Made by a program: the position numbers and the translations under genes
In this document: piece after piece, positions 52,479 through 62,589 of the stretch
Numbering within the stretch: the stretch's first letter is position 1
How the letters are laid out: each line of letters starts with the position of its first letter
The notes under the pieces: model-generated
What the model saw: only the letters and a program-made list of their open reading frames with translations
Database searches by the model: none
Told to the model about the DNA's origin: nothing
Assembly (NCBI GenBank): GCA_026014495.1
Contig: JAOZIF010000150.1
Span: forward strand, 1,131 to 65,130
Length of the DNA: 64,000 nt
DNA from: Candidatus Bathyarchaeum sp.
GTDB taxonomy: Archaea > Thermoproteota > Bathyarchaeia > Bathyarchaeales > Bathyarchaeaceae
Direction: 5' to 3'

Positions 52479-52645
52479 TTTGGCGTCTCAATTCCAGATT
52501 TAGAAGCAATAGCCGTTGTGCGTATTTAAGTTAGACGATATCTCAGATAAAACATTCGTTAACCAATCACTAAATCCAAATCTGGTTGTAGCAAAAAGTA
52601 TAAGGCATATCTTCTAAATCTGCTCTTTACGGAGAGAACAACATT

Positions 52646-53527
52646 TTGGTGTCCATGCAAGTTGTGGAAAACGTAGCAGTCAAACTTTTACAACTAGCAG
52701 TCACAGAACTACCCCAAGACGTGAAAGATGCTCTACAAAGAGCACATCGCGAAGAGGATACACAAGTTGGAAAATCTCAACTAAAAGCCATCTTAGATAA
52801 TATAGACTTGGCTGAGAAAACTAGTGCTCCCATGTGCCAAGACACTGGAGTCATAATCTTTTATGTTAAAGCAGGCAGCAAACTAGATGGAATAGACAAA
52901 ATTGAGGATGCTCTACGCAAAGCCACAATAAGAGCAACAAAACAAGTGCCACTTCGCCCCAACGCAGTTAACCCTTTCACTCAAAAGAACACATCAGACA
53001 ACACAGGAAGACACATCCCCTATATCCACTGGGAAATTGTTCCCGGAGACACCCTTGAACTAACTGTCCTGCCAAAGGGAGGCGGATCAGAAAACGTTTC
53101 TGCCCTAGGAATGCTCAGCCCAAGCCAAGGAACCAACGCACTCAAGAAGTTTGTCATTGATACAATAATCAACGCTGGCGCAAAGCCTTGCCCCCCCACA
53201 ATCTTGGGCATTGCAGTTGGAGGCGGAGCTGACATAGCAATGAACCTAGCCAAACAGACTCTGCTAAAGCCCCTAAATCAACCAAACCCTGACCCGGAAC
53301 TCGCAAAACTTGAACAAGAACTACGTGAAGCCGCAAACTCGACTGGAATCGGACCAATGGGCTTGGGAGGCAAAACAACAGTTTTAGACGTAAAAATTGA
53401 CTACGCTTACAGACACCCCGCCTCATATCCCGTAGCCATAGTTGTTCAATGCTGGGCTGCCCGAAGAGCTTCAGCAAAAATCTACTCTAACGAAAAAATT
53501 GAATACATCTCTCACAAGGTGAACTAA
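52646..53527 (+). CDS. Fe-S fumarate hydratase alpha subunit (fumarate/tartrate family)
   Basis: PMCQDTG, KGGGSEN, PCPP, GIGPMGLGG, HPAS. Confidence 0.92.
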   Translation: MVSMQVVENVAVKLLQLAVTELPQDVKDALQRAHREEDTQVGKSQLKAILDNIDLAEKTSAPMCQDTGVIIFYVKAGSKLDGIDKIEDALRKATIRATKQVPLRPNAVNPFTQKNTSDNTGRHIPYIHWEIVPGDTLELTVLPKGGGSENVSALGMLSPSQGTNALKKFVIDTIINAGAKPCPPTILGIAVGGGADIAMNLAKQTLLKPLNQPNPDPELAKLEQELREAANSTGIGPMGLGGKTTVLDVKIDYAYRHPASYPVAIVVQCWAARRASAKIYSNEKIEYISHKVN

Positions 53528-53531
53528 AGCG

Positions 53532-54131
53532 ATGACCACCTACCCGCTTAGAACTCCAATTTCAGAGAAAGATGTTAGAAAACTTGTAGTAAACGACACC
53601 ATCTACCTCACAGGAACAATTGTTACTGCAAGAGATTCAGCACACAAAAAAGCACTAGACTTACATAAGAACGGAAAGCAGCTTCCCCTTAACCTAGAAG
53701 GATTGGCAGTTTTCCATTGCGGTCCCATAGTAAAAAAAGAGAATCATGAATGGAACGTGTTGGCTGCTGGTCCAACAACAAGCACACGTATGGAGCCCTT
53801 CGAGGACGACTTCATAAAAAACTTCAAAGTTCGAGTTGTAATTGGGAAGGGTGGCATGGGCAAAAAAACTGTTGACGCCATGAAACATTATGGAGCAGTT
53901 TATGGAGCCTTCACTGGAGGCGCCGCGGTTCTTGCAGCCAAAGCAATAAAACAAGTTAAAGGCGTAGAATGGACTGACTTAGGAATGCCCGAAGCCATGT
54001 GGATACTAGACGTTGAGAACTTTGGACCCTTAACCGTAGCAATTGACACCCACGGAAACAATCTTTTCCAAACAATCCAAACCAAGGCTGAGACTAAAAA
54101 ACAGAAAATTTACAAAACGCTTGGATTCTGA
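53532..54131 (+). CDS. Fe-S fumarate hydratase beta subunit
   Basis: TARDSAH, GPTTSTRM, IGKGG, LGMPEA, IDTHGN. Confidence 0.92.
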   Translation: MTTYPLRTPISEKDVRKLVVNDTIYLTGTIVTARDSAHKKALDLHKNGKQLPLNLEGLAVFHCGPIVKKENHEWNVLAAGPTTSTRMEPFEDDFIKNFKVRVVIGKGGMGKKTVDAMKHYGAVYGAFTGGAAVLAAKAIKQVKGVEWTDLGMPEAMWILDVENFGPLTVAIDTHGNNLFQTIQTKAETKKQKIYKTLGF

Positions 54132-54242
54132 TTACTTTTATTGAATCTGCAAACTGTTTTGCCAAAAAATAAAGACAAAAAATGGGAAGAGAACAAGTTC
54201 TTGTCCTCATTTTTGTTCCACCTAGATGGATTATGTCTGTTT

Positions 54243-56597
54243 TTAGTTTTTCACTTTGATTATATCGCTGTCTTCGAATGCTGTACCTGCAACTTCACCA
54301 GTTATTGTTAGACTAATTTTGCTGAACTTTGAACCCTCAATAGCGTACGTGTTTTTAATGTGTGTTTGCACGGCATCTCTGCTGAACTTCACCACAAGTT
54401 TGCCTTCATCACAAACTTGGCTTGTTTCAGGTTCAACTTCACCATCAAGTAGGATTGAAGAAACATCAATGTCTTCTGCGCTGTAGCCTTCTGATAATTC
54501 AATGTGAACTGTAACCCATTTGCCATTACTCTTCAAGTTGAGTGATTGTGGCGTAATCTTTACATTTACAGTTAATTCTTCAGCTTGAAGAACTTCTGTA
54601 ACCGTAAACACTGCTGCCTTAGATTCGTCAGGACCCATGTTGTTTTCGTCATCTTCTAAACCTTGAGCATCTAGTAGTGCAGACCAAGTTCCCAGTGGGT
54701 CTTCTGTTGCTAGATTGTATGTTGCTTCAAATCTGCTGGCTGCTGAAACGTATGTTGCTGCTAGTTGAGTAGTTGTTCCGTTAGACATTGTTATGGTGAT
54801 TGTTGCGGTTCCTGTAGTCACGGCGCTTCCATTTTGGTATTCGGCAGTAAAGTATACCATAACAGTTTCGTCTAACATGTAGCTGCTCTTGTCAGTGTTG
54901 ATTGACTCAACAATCAAGGTAGACGCAATTAACTCAAAATCATCACTGCTAACATCTGCGTTTGGTCCACTGTTCGGGTTCGCAACATCAACAACCTCGT
55001 TGGCTTTTACTGTAAACCTGTAATCATCTGCAAGTATAGCATCCCATGGGCTAGTCCAGCTAACTGTCCACTCATTTGTGGTTGAGTTGAAATCTTGGGC
55101 TTCTAAAGTCACGTTTGCTACGTTCGTAACGCCCTGATACACCCGCACCTGTATCTCGCCTAAATCTGCGGCAGTATAGAAGCTGTCATCAGGATATGTG
55201 ATTTCTATCTTAGTTGTGACCGCTTCTGTGCGCATGTAACTAGCTTCTGGCTGCTCAGTTACCTCAACATTTAGTGTAGCTGCTTGCACTGTAAACGACT
55301 CCGACACAACAGCAGTTGCTGGACCCATGTTCGCTTCAACATCAGTTATGCTATCAACATCTAAACTGAACACATAGCCAATTCCAAGAACTGCGTCTCT
55401 TGGAATCTTCCAAGAAACAACCCACGTATCATCTGCTGTATAATCGCTTGCGGATAGCGAAATAGTGTCAACAAGTGTTGTATTATAGTAAACGCTGACC
55501 GCTATTGCATCAAAGCTTGTTTCGTTATCGTAGACGCTGTCATCTGGATACTTAATCGTGAATTCAGCGGTTGCTGTTTCTGTGCGCTGTAACGGAGTTG
55601 CAGGATCAGTTTCGAAATTAACCGACAAGGCTCCTGAATTAATCGTGAATGTCTGAATTGAAGCCACAGCCTTTTCATCGCCAGTAGAGTTGACCACTTC
55701 TACAGTGTAAGTTCCCACGGGAGCATCAACTGGAATCGTCCAATCTCCTGTCCATGTTCCATCAGTGGCGTTCACAGGATCCCATACGCTGACATTTTGC
55801 ATTGACGGGTCTTTGATTGTAACTGTTATGTTCTGGTTTGGCGCCCATCCAGAAGTTTTCACATTGACGGTCTCAAAGCGCTCATACACTGTTGCATTAG
55901 TTAACCCAACATCAAAAGTTGCAGTTGCTGCGTTTGCTATTGCGTCTGGAAGTGTCTGGTCTGCAACTATGGTGTATGTTCCAGTGAAATTCGAAGTTGC
56001 GCCTGTTGAAAATTCTGCAGGAAAGTTTGTGATGTTGTATCCAAAGCCATTTGCATCTGTTGTGAATGAACTATTATAGTTCATGGATGCGGTTGTTGCT
56101 GGGTCAGTGACAGTGATTGTGAAATTACTAACAGTGTTTGCGGCTCCGCCAGTAACTGACATGTTCATTACCACAGGGTCGCCTTCTTGTACATATTCTG
56201 GCACAGTTAGTGTCCTTGATGTTTCCAGTGTGAACTCTACATCATAGGTGTCTCCTGACAAATCATCTTCCAATGTGACTTTGTGTGCGATTCCTGTGTC
56301 ACTGCCTACACAAGAAGGCACCAAAAATTTGGTATTTACAGCATAAGACTCATCGGGGGCATTACCTGTTTTAACAACTGTGTCTCCTACCGCAGTTCCA
56401 TCATTGTCAACATCAAACCAGATTGTGTACGCTCCAGCTTCAGTGTTGATTGTTCCAATCATTTCGACTTCTGTTCCAACAGTACCTATGGCAGGGTCCA
56501 ATTCAGCAAAAACTACTGCGTATGTAGGGACTGCAAACAAAACTGCTAATGATAATGAAACTAATGTAAGTATGCTTATTGCTTTATTTCTATTCAT
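54243..56597 (-). CDS. Large acidic secreted protein with repeated Ig-like domains (S-layer-like)
   Basis: Signal peptide; T/V/D-rich; internal repeats (RTE...YPDDS.Y...W.VSW..P.DA). Confidence 0.75.
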   Translation of the reverse strand: MNRNKAISILTLVSLSLAVLFAVPTYAVVFAELDPAIGTVGTEVEMIGTINTEAGAYTIWFDVDNDGTAVGDTVVKTGNAPDESYAVNTKFLVPSCVGSDTGIAHKVTLEDDLSGDTYDVEFTLETSRTLTVPEYVQEGDPVVMNMSVTGGAANTVSNFTITVTDPATTASMNYNSSFTTDANGFGYNITNFPAEFSTGATSNFTGTYTIVADQTLPDAIANAATATFDVGLTNATVYERFETVNVKTSGWAPNQNITVTIKDPSMQNVSVWDPVNATDGTWTGDWTIPVDAPVGTYTVEVVNSTGDEKAVASIQTFTINSGALSVNFETDPATPLQRTETATAEFTIKYPDDSVYDNETSFDAIAVSVYYNTTLVDTISLSASDYTADDTWVVSWKIPRDAVLGIGYVFSLDVDSITDVEANMGPATAVVSESFTVQAATLNVEVTEQPEASYMRTEAVTTKIEITYPDDSFYTAADLGEIQVRVYQGVTNVANVTLEAQDFNSTTNEWTVSWTSPWDAILADDYRFTVKANEVVDVANPNSGPNADVSSDDFELIASTLIVESINTDKSSYMLDETVMVYFTAEYQNGSAVTTGTATITITMSNGTTTQLAATYVSAASRFEATYNLATEDPLGTWSALLDAQGLEDDENNMGPDESKAAVFTVTEVLQAEELTVNVKITPQSLNLKSNGKWVTVHIELSEGYSAEDIDVSSILLDGEVEPETSQVCDEGKLVVKFSRDAVQTHIKNTYAIEGSKFSKISLTITGEVAGTAFEDSDIIKVKN

Positions 56598-56705
56598 TCT
56601 TTTTCCTTCCTATAGCTTACGGTAAAGCTTTATGTTGGTTCTTTTGTGATATGATTTGAGTTAGCTTCGTGCGAACCAAAATTTAACTAAAAAGGCTACA
56701 GGGCA

Positions 56706-57329
56706 ATGTCATGGGAAAAAGAGTTGTCCCAACGGTTATTACGCGTTATACCCCTTTCAGAAAAGCGTATGAAATACGTGCAGAAAGCTGACGCCCCTGA
56801 AGAAGAACTTCTTACACGTAAGGTGTTATTGTCTCTGGCAAAGATGGTTTACGAGAAACGTGAACCCGTAAAGCTGCGAGAAATTGTTGACGACTTGTAC
56901 AGTTCAGCGAATAAACGAGAGATGGATGTTGTTCGACTGCTAATTAAGAAAACGTTAATTCCATCCGGAATCGTTGAGAAACTCTACGTTGGAAAAAAGG
57001 ATGTTCGGTACCTGTTGGCTGCGTACCGTTTCCAAGAAACCCGCAAACTTCACTCAAGTTCCGGTCAAGTCATAAGTGAACCTGTAGGACCAATTGTAGA
57101 AATTCCTCGAGAATATTTTCCTATTCCTTCAGAAGTGCTTGAGCTTCTATTGCAAAAGACAAGTTTGGAAAGTGTACTGACTAAAATCGACAAGGATTTT
57201 AGTCTCGAAAAAATCAGCGAATCCCTATATCAGAGCTTGAGCAAAGAATACAACGCTTCAATGGCTGATGTCTGCGAGCGTCTGAAAGATTACGACGAAC
57301 TTGTCAAGTTGCTGGATTTGAACCACTAG
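56706..57329 (+). CDS. Hypothetical protein, possible winged-helix domain plus C-terminal helical hairpin
   Basis: PVKLREIV...L..SGIVEK....KDVRY resembles a wHTH; C-terminal coiled coil. Confidence 0.6.
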   Translation: MSWEKELSQRLLRVIPLSEKRMKYVQKADAPEEELLTRKVLLSLAKMVYEKREPVKLREIVDDLYSSANKREMDVVRLLIKKTLIPSGIVEKLYVGKKDVRYLLAAYRFQETRKLHSSSGQVISEPVGPIVEIPREYFPIPSEVLELLLQKTSLESVLTKIDKDFSLEKISESLYQSLSKEYNASMADVCERLKDYDELVKLLDLNH

Positions 57330-58599
57330 TTTTTGCTCTACGATTTTTCGCAAGTTCATTTTCTGTTTCCTGTTTCATGGTCTCGTACTTTTCTTTGCTT
57401 ATAACTCCCTTCTGCAATAGCTTATCTAGTTCCTTGAGGCTGGATTTGAGCCTCAATATTTCTAGGCTGTTTCGGTAATCAGTTTCCTTTATTTCTTTCA
57501 AAAATCCCCTTCTGCTTCTCCAAAGCAAGATTAATGCTATTGCTCCAATTATGACCAGCGCTCCTGCACCCAGTTGCCACAATTCAATTGCACTTTGTTG
57601 AGTTGCAGCGTTGTTGGGTGTTAACGAAAAGTTTTGTGTATATGTTTTAGATTGTTCTGTGATAACCGAAGTTTGGGAGCTATTGTATCCCGAAACTTCC
57701 ACTTTGATAGTGTATGTGTCAGGTGGGATGTTCTCAAATTTGTATTGACCCGCTGGCTCTGCTAGACTATATGTGTATTGTTTTGTTTCCACAATTGTAA
57801 CCTTTGCGTTGGTGATTGGGTTTCCTTGATTGTCAGTTATTTTTCCAGTGATTGTTGAGTTCTGTGTTTGAAGAACATAATATGCTGTAACTGCTGTGTA
57901 ATTTGTCAAGTTTATGCTTCTAATTGCACTTGTAACTCCGTTTTCCCATTCAGCAAACGTGTATACTTTTCCATCATTGGTTAGATTAAGAGGCATGGCA
58001 ACCGTGTAGCTTCCTGTTTCCAAAAAGCTTGAATATGGTGTAGCTTGGTTAGCCCCGTCAAGTGTAAAGTTTACGTTGCTGATGGGTGATGAAGAAATCG
58101 TCAATTCGTGTGTTGGTTGAGCTTTTGGTGAAACCTGTATAACATCATTTGGGTCAAAAGTAACGGGTTTGGGTGGAGCAGTTTTTAAGAATATTTGAAC
58201 TGTCCACGCGCCAGTTTTCTCTAGTCTCGACAAATTAAATGAACCCGTGTATGAGTTTGGTTGGCTCATGTTCTCGTCGTAATTAAGGTAGAACTCTTGT
58301 ACGTAATCGTCTAGCTTGATTTGACAATAATGTTCATTTAGGTTGTATGGGTCAATCTTGGACGACCAAGCCCAAACGTAGAGAATATCACTTTCCGTAT
58401 AGTCCCGATCGTCCGTTGTGTAATCAGAATTTTTTGACAGCACATATCCTTCTGTGATTACTGTCGTCTGTGGTTCTTCTGCCTGAATTTGAACATATGT
58501 TGTGTCGGTTCCAAATGCCGAGCTTGTGCAAGCCAACACGTAGATAACAGAAATAGAAATCAGGAAAATAGCTGGAACCATTCTCAACTTTATACACAT
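57304..58599 (-). CDS. Single-pass surface protein with carboxypeptidase-regulatory-like domain and SHOCT-like tail
   Basis: Signal peptide; ITGKITD..GNPI.NAKV...G.Y.FENIPPDTY; TM; G.ISKEKYE tail. Confidence 0.75.
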   Translation of the reverse strand: MCIKLRMVPAIFLISISVIYVLACTSSAFGTDTTYVQIQAEEPQTTVITEGYVLSKNSDYTTDDRDYTESDILYVWAWSSKIDPYNLNEHYCQIKLDDYVQEFYLNYDENMSQPNSYTGSFNLSRLEKTGAWTVQIFLKTAPPKPVTFDPNDVIQVSPKAQPTHELTISSSPISNVNFTLDGANQATPYSSFLETGSYTVAMPLNLTNDGKVYTFAEWENGVTSAIRSINLTNYTAVTAYYVLQTQNSTITGKITDNQGNPITNAKVTIVETKQYTYSLAEPAGQYKFENIPPDTYTIKVEVSGYNSSQTSVITEQSKTYTQNFSLTPNNAATQQSAIELWQLGAGALVIIGAIALILLWRSRRGFLKEIKETDYRNSLEILRLKSSLKELDKLLQKGVISKEKYETMKQETENELAKNRRAKTSGSNPAT

Positions 58600-58744
58600 G
58601 TTACATTAAGATTGTAATTAGATAACCCTTTTCACAACATCTTCTATAGTAATCTTCTATTTTCACACACAATCAAAAAACGATTTTTATCAAAATTAGA
58701 ATCTGTAGCCATATCAAGCAAGTGTTCACGATCTTTGGAACTTC

Positions 58745-59944
58745 CTAAGCTGTAAGTTGAGTCACAATTTTTTTCACAATATCTGCTGGCGCGTCTGTTC
58801 TAAATCCTCTGCTGTTAAAATGGGTTAAAACAGCTTGAAAGCCCTGCTCCTTTAGTTTGTCAAGTACCTTCTTTTGGGGTGGAACAGGCAGGTTCAGTTT
58901 GTCGCAGATTTTATCCACAGCGTAATATGTGCTTGGAGCTTCAGCCTCATTTTTTACAAGAGCCAATATTTTCTTGAGCTTCTTTTCTTGTCTGAAACTC
59001 CTTTTTTCCAGCTCTTTTTCCATCATAGAACTAAACTCTTTGTCTGCGATTCTGCCTGGCCACAAAGGACCAGCAACACTCAATTTTGCTCCACAAACTG
59101 GACACACATGTTTTAGGGGCGCAACTATTCCGGAAGACGTCTCTCTGTGAAAACATGAAAAACAATGAAGAATATACCCCATCTGCTGCACGCTCTCATC
59201 TGCTACTTTAGCGCCATAACTGACAACCGCGTAGACTCGAATATAATGGTCTATACTGTGGCTGAACATAACGTCAATTCCTATCTCATGTTTTGCAGCC
59301 ATCATGGTTAAGCATCCCGTCAAGAGGCGAACCGCCAGCTCATGGCAATACTCTGTACGCAGGGGAACTCCACCATATTTTCGTAGACACGCTCGGCGAT
59401 GCACTCCACATAACGGAGCCATGTCTGTGGCAGTTAACGCAAGCAAACCCCCGTTACGTAAAGAGCGTATGGCAGAATCCATGTAAGGTACAGGAGGTCC
59501 AAACGGGTCAACATCAACGTAATCAAATCGTTTTCTTGGTGCGGAATGTATGCTTAAAAAAAGGTTAGCGTCCTCGTTAGTCACCTCGACAATGTCCGCT
59601 ACGCCATTTAGCTCAGCATTAACACTCGAAATCTTAGCAGAGTCTGGTCTAATGTCATTCAAAAAGACCCTTTGAACACCTTCAACCTCCACCGCAAATC
59701 TTGCACCCCTAATTCCACATCCTGTCAAGGGCTCAGCAACCCAAACTTCTTTTCCCAAAAACTTCTGATGAGCCTGCAGAGCTAAAACCGCTAAATCCCT
59801 GTTTAACTCCATTGTTGGATTGTAAAATACTGGCGCCTTAGATGGAGCGTAATCTGACGGCTTTTTTTTGTAAGCTGCAAGCTTGGGCACCACTACCTTA
59901 ATTTTTCCTTCGTTTATTGTTTCGGTGGGGAAACCAAAGCTCAA
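58745..59944 (-). CDS. trm1: tRNA (guanine-26-N2)-dimethyltransferase
   Basis: VFYNP.MELNRD, GIRGARF, DVDPFG, TATD..PLCG, zinc finger. Confidence 0.95.
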   Translation of the reverse strand: MSFGFPTETINEGKIKVVVPKLAAYKKKPSDYAPSKAPVFYNPTMELNRDLAVLALQAHQKFLGKEVWVAEPLTGCGIRGARFAVEVEGVQRVFLNDIRPDSAKISSVNAELNGVADIVEVTNEDANLFLSIHSAPRKRFDYVDVDPFGPPVPYMDSAIRSLRNGGLLALTATDMAPLCGVHRRACLRKYGGVPLRTEYCHELAVRLLTGCLTMMAAKHEIGIDVMFSHSIDHYIRVYAVVSYGAKVADESVQQMGYILHCFSCFHRETSSGIVAPLKHVCPVCGAKLSVAGPLWPGRIADKEFSSMMEKELEKRSFRQEKKLKKILALVKNEAEAPSTYYAVDKICDKLNLPVPPQKKVLDKLKEQGFQAVLTHFNSRGFRTDAPADIVKKIVTQLTA

Positions 59945-60031
59945 CCTTTATTGCTCCTATATTTACTGAATCTTTTAGTATCACAACTAGATATTAGGGT
60001 TAAGTCTAGCTCAAAGCGAGGTGACAAGAAG

Positions 60032-60574
60032 CTGAAGCGAATCATACTTTTGACTGGACCTCCAGGAATTGGAAAAACAAGCGTATTTCGTCGAACAGTA
60101 AAGCAACTCAAAGAAAAAGGGTACAACGTAGGCGGCATGGTCTGCCGCGAAGTCCGCGAATGCGGCGCAAGAGTAGGCTTCGAAATCATGGATTTATCCA
60201 CTGGACAAAGAGGATGGCTAGCACACTTAAACCAGCCTACAGGTCCAAAAATAGGCAAGTATACTGTTAATTTAACTGACCTTGACATGTTAGGCGTGAG
60301 TTCTATTCTTGATGCAATTCAACACTCGGACATATTAGCCGTGGACGAGATTGGTCCAATGGAGCTTTTGTCAGCCTCCTTCAGTAACGCTTTACTTAAA
60401 GCTGTAGAAAGCAGCAAACCCGTGGTGGGAACCATTCATTACAATCTAAGCACTTCTTTGGTTGACCGTATCAAAGCAAGGGATGACACAGAAATTCTTG
60501 AGGTAACGTATGATAACCGTGAAGAGCTTCAAACCCTTGTATCTGACAAGATACATGAATGTTTGATTTGTTGA
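60032..60574 (+). CDS. Nucleoside-triphosphatase (THEP1/NTPase_1); probable CTG start
   Basis: LTGPPGIGKT, RVGF, GKY.V, DEIGPME; GAGGTGA 7 nt before CTG. Confidence 0.88.
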   Translation: MKRIILLTGPPGIGKTSVFRRTVKQLKEKGYNVGGMVCREVRECGARVGFEIMDLSTGQRGWLAHLNQPTGPKIGKYTVNLTDLDMLGVSSILDAIQHSDILAVDEIGPMELLSASFSNALLKAVESSKPVVGTIHYNLSTSLVDRIKARDDTEILEVTYDNREELQTLVSDKIHECLIC

Positions 60575-60598
60575 CTTAAAATTTCAGATGTTGGGAGA

Positions 60599-61193
60599 AT
60601 GAATTTGTTGGAAAAATATTCTGTGTACACTAATATAAAAACAGAAGAACAATCAGAAAATTCCTTCAAAAACCAGTTCCACAAGATGTAATATTAAAAT
60701 GTGTGGATGCTACACGACTTTCGTCTTGTGGAGGTAACCTTCAACCATTAAAGTATGTAATTGTTAATGACAAACAGTTGCTGGTCAAAGTTTTTGACAC
60801 TTTGAGTTGGGCTGTTTATTTGCCTAATTATTACCCCATAAACGACGAGATGCCCCAAGCTTACATTATTTTGTTACTGTACAAACATGGCAGAACACCC
60901 ATTCATGACGCAAGCATAGCTTCAATGAGCATTTCTATGGTTGCATATGATGAGGGCGTGGGCTCGTGTATTCTTGCCTCAGTTGACCGAGAGAAACTAA
61001 GAGCAGTGTTTAATGTACCTGAACGCTTTGATGTTGTGTTGGTGGTTGCTCTTGGTATCCAGCAGAAAAACCACTGGTGGAACTTGTTTCGGATGAAGCC
61101 ATAAACTACTGGCTTGACAAAAACGGGGTGTTGCATGTGCCCAAGAGGGATATCAAAGAAATAGTTCGATGGAATACTTGCCAAAACCTGTAA
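60599..61193 (+). pseudogene. Nitroreductase family gene with two frameshifts
   Basis: RRTIRKF..NLQP and GYPAE..YW...LHVPKR motifs split across three frames; shifts near 60640 and 61056. Confidence 0.8.
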
Positions 61194-61292
61194 TCCTGTG
61201 TGCTTTCTTGTATGAGTAAGTCTGATTTATGGAAAAAATCGCCAAAGGCTTCATAAATATGCCTTCACATATTATTTTACTTGGGAGATAAT

Positions 61293-62039
61293 ATGCCGAT
61301 TCAAGGTAAACTGTATCTATGGGGCGACAGAGCAAAAGGTGTTCCAGAGGAGACTGGCGTCTACGCTTTTTATGACAAAGACCGATCTATGATATACCTT
61401 GGCGGAAGTTCAAACCTTAGAGAAGCTTTCACTCGATATATTGAAACAAACTTTTCTGACGACCCGCGCAAACAAGAAACCGTATATTATCGAAGAATGA
61501 GTGCCTCCAACTGGGAAGAAACAGTTAAGTGTCTTCTAAACGAATATAAAAAGGATTGTGGGGACATACCTAAATTGAATATTCCTTTAAAACAGGGCGA
61601 AAAGGTCACTCCAGAGTGGGGATTCTACTTTTATGAATCATTCAACAAACCAGTCTTTGAGGCTGCATTCAATCTGGACGAGCTTAAAAAGAAGATGGCA
61701 AAAGTTCCGGTTGCTTCTCTAGAATTTCACCAAACTAGAGGCGACTTTGCAAGATGGATTCGAGAAGTGTTCAAAGAGACTCAGTTAGCTGACAGAATAA
61801 CAAACATACGTAGCAGTGGCGAAACTCTCAGACTTGAACTGCTAAACGCTTTAGGCAATCCTGAAGTAGCTGAGTGCCCTGAATGTGAAACCCTGTCAAA
61901 GCCAACTAAGACTTGGCAGATGGCTGGAAGACCTAGTAAGTCTGGTGAGCGGCTCCAACTTACAATAGCATTGTACAAGTGCCAAAGCTGTGACAAAACT
62001 TTCAGAAAAGTAATCAAGAAAGAGAAAATCAGCGCTTAG
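61293..62039 (+). CDS. GIY-YIG-like / DUF5752-like / Cren7-like zinc-ribbon fusion protein
   Basis: GVYAFYD..IYLG..SNLR; FYFY...SLEFH..RGDFARWI; CPEC..KPTKTWQMAGRP...IALYKCQSCDKTFRK. Confidence 0.7.
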   Translation: MPIQGKLYLWGDRAKGVPEETGVYAFYDKDRSMIYLGGSSNLREAFTRYIETNFSDDPRKQETVYYRRMSASNWEETVKCLLNEYKKDCGDIPKLNIPLKQGEKVTPEWGFYFYESFNKPVFEAAFNLDELKKKMAKVPVASLEFHQTRGDFARWIREVFKETQLADRITNIRSSGETLRLELLNALGNPEVAECPECETLSKPTKTWQMAGRPSKSGERLQLTIALYKCQSCDKTFRKVIKKEKISA

Positions 62040-62589
62040 TTTGTTCTATAATCAATGCTATGTGTTTGTTGTTCAGCGGTTCTGTTTGTTTCTGTAGAGT
62101 TTTTTCTCTTAACGCTAACATAACCTTTCTACTGTTAGAACTTTAGGCTATTTGTGTCAATTATGTGACCTGGAACACAGTCATGTTGTTGTGGGTGCCT
62201 TTTTATTATTCAAAAATCTATTTTGGTGCCTCTTTGTTTTTCATTCTATTCCTTTTTATTTGTGACGCATTTTAATTCTGAATCAGAATAAATATAGTTA
62301 ACATTGATTCATACTATCCCTTCATATGACTTAAAACCAATTACTGTTGATTTTCTATGTAGCAAATGGATTGGGGCGACAACTAGGTGTTATTACATTT
62401 TAATCAGAATCTAACAGCTTTTAAGCATCTGCGAAATGAATCTCACAGCAACTGTGTAACCACCCTTCTGCATAAAGACATGGTTTTGGTTTTCCCAATT
62501 AGTGAAACCAGTTGCCACCTCAAAAGTTGCCCCCTCGGAATTGCCACAGACTTTGCTGATATGCTGAACATAAAAAGACAGGAAGTTGA

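Noticed and set aside
54189-54208. Hairpin GAGAACAAG-TT-CTTGTCCTC between convergent genes
   Set aside because: Single occurrence with one mismatch and a 2-nt loop; possibly a terminator but too weak to call.
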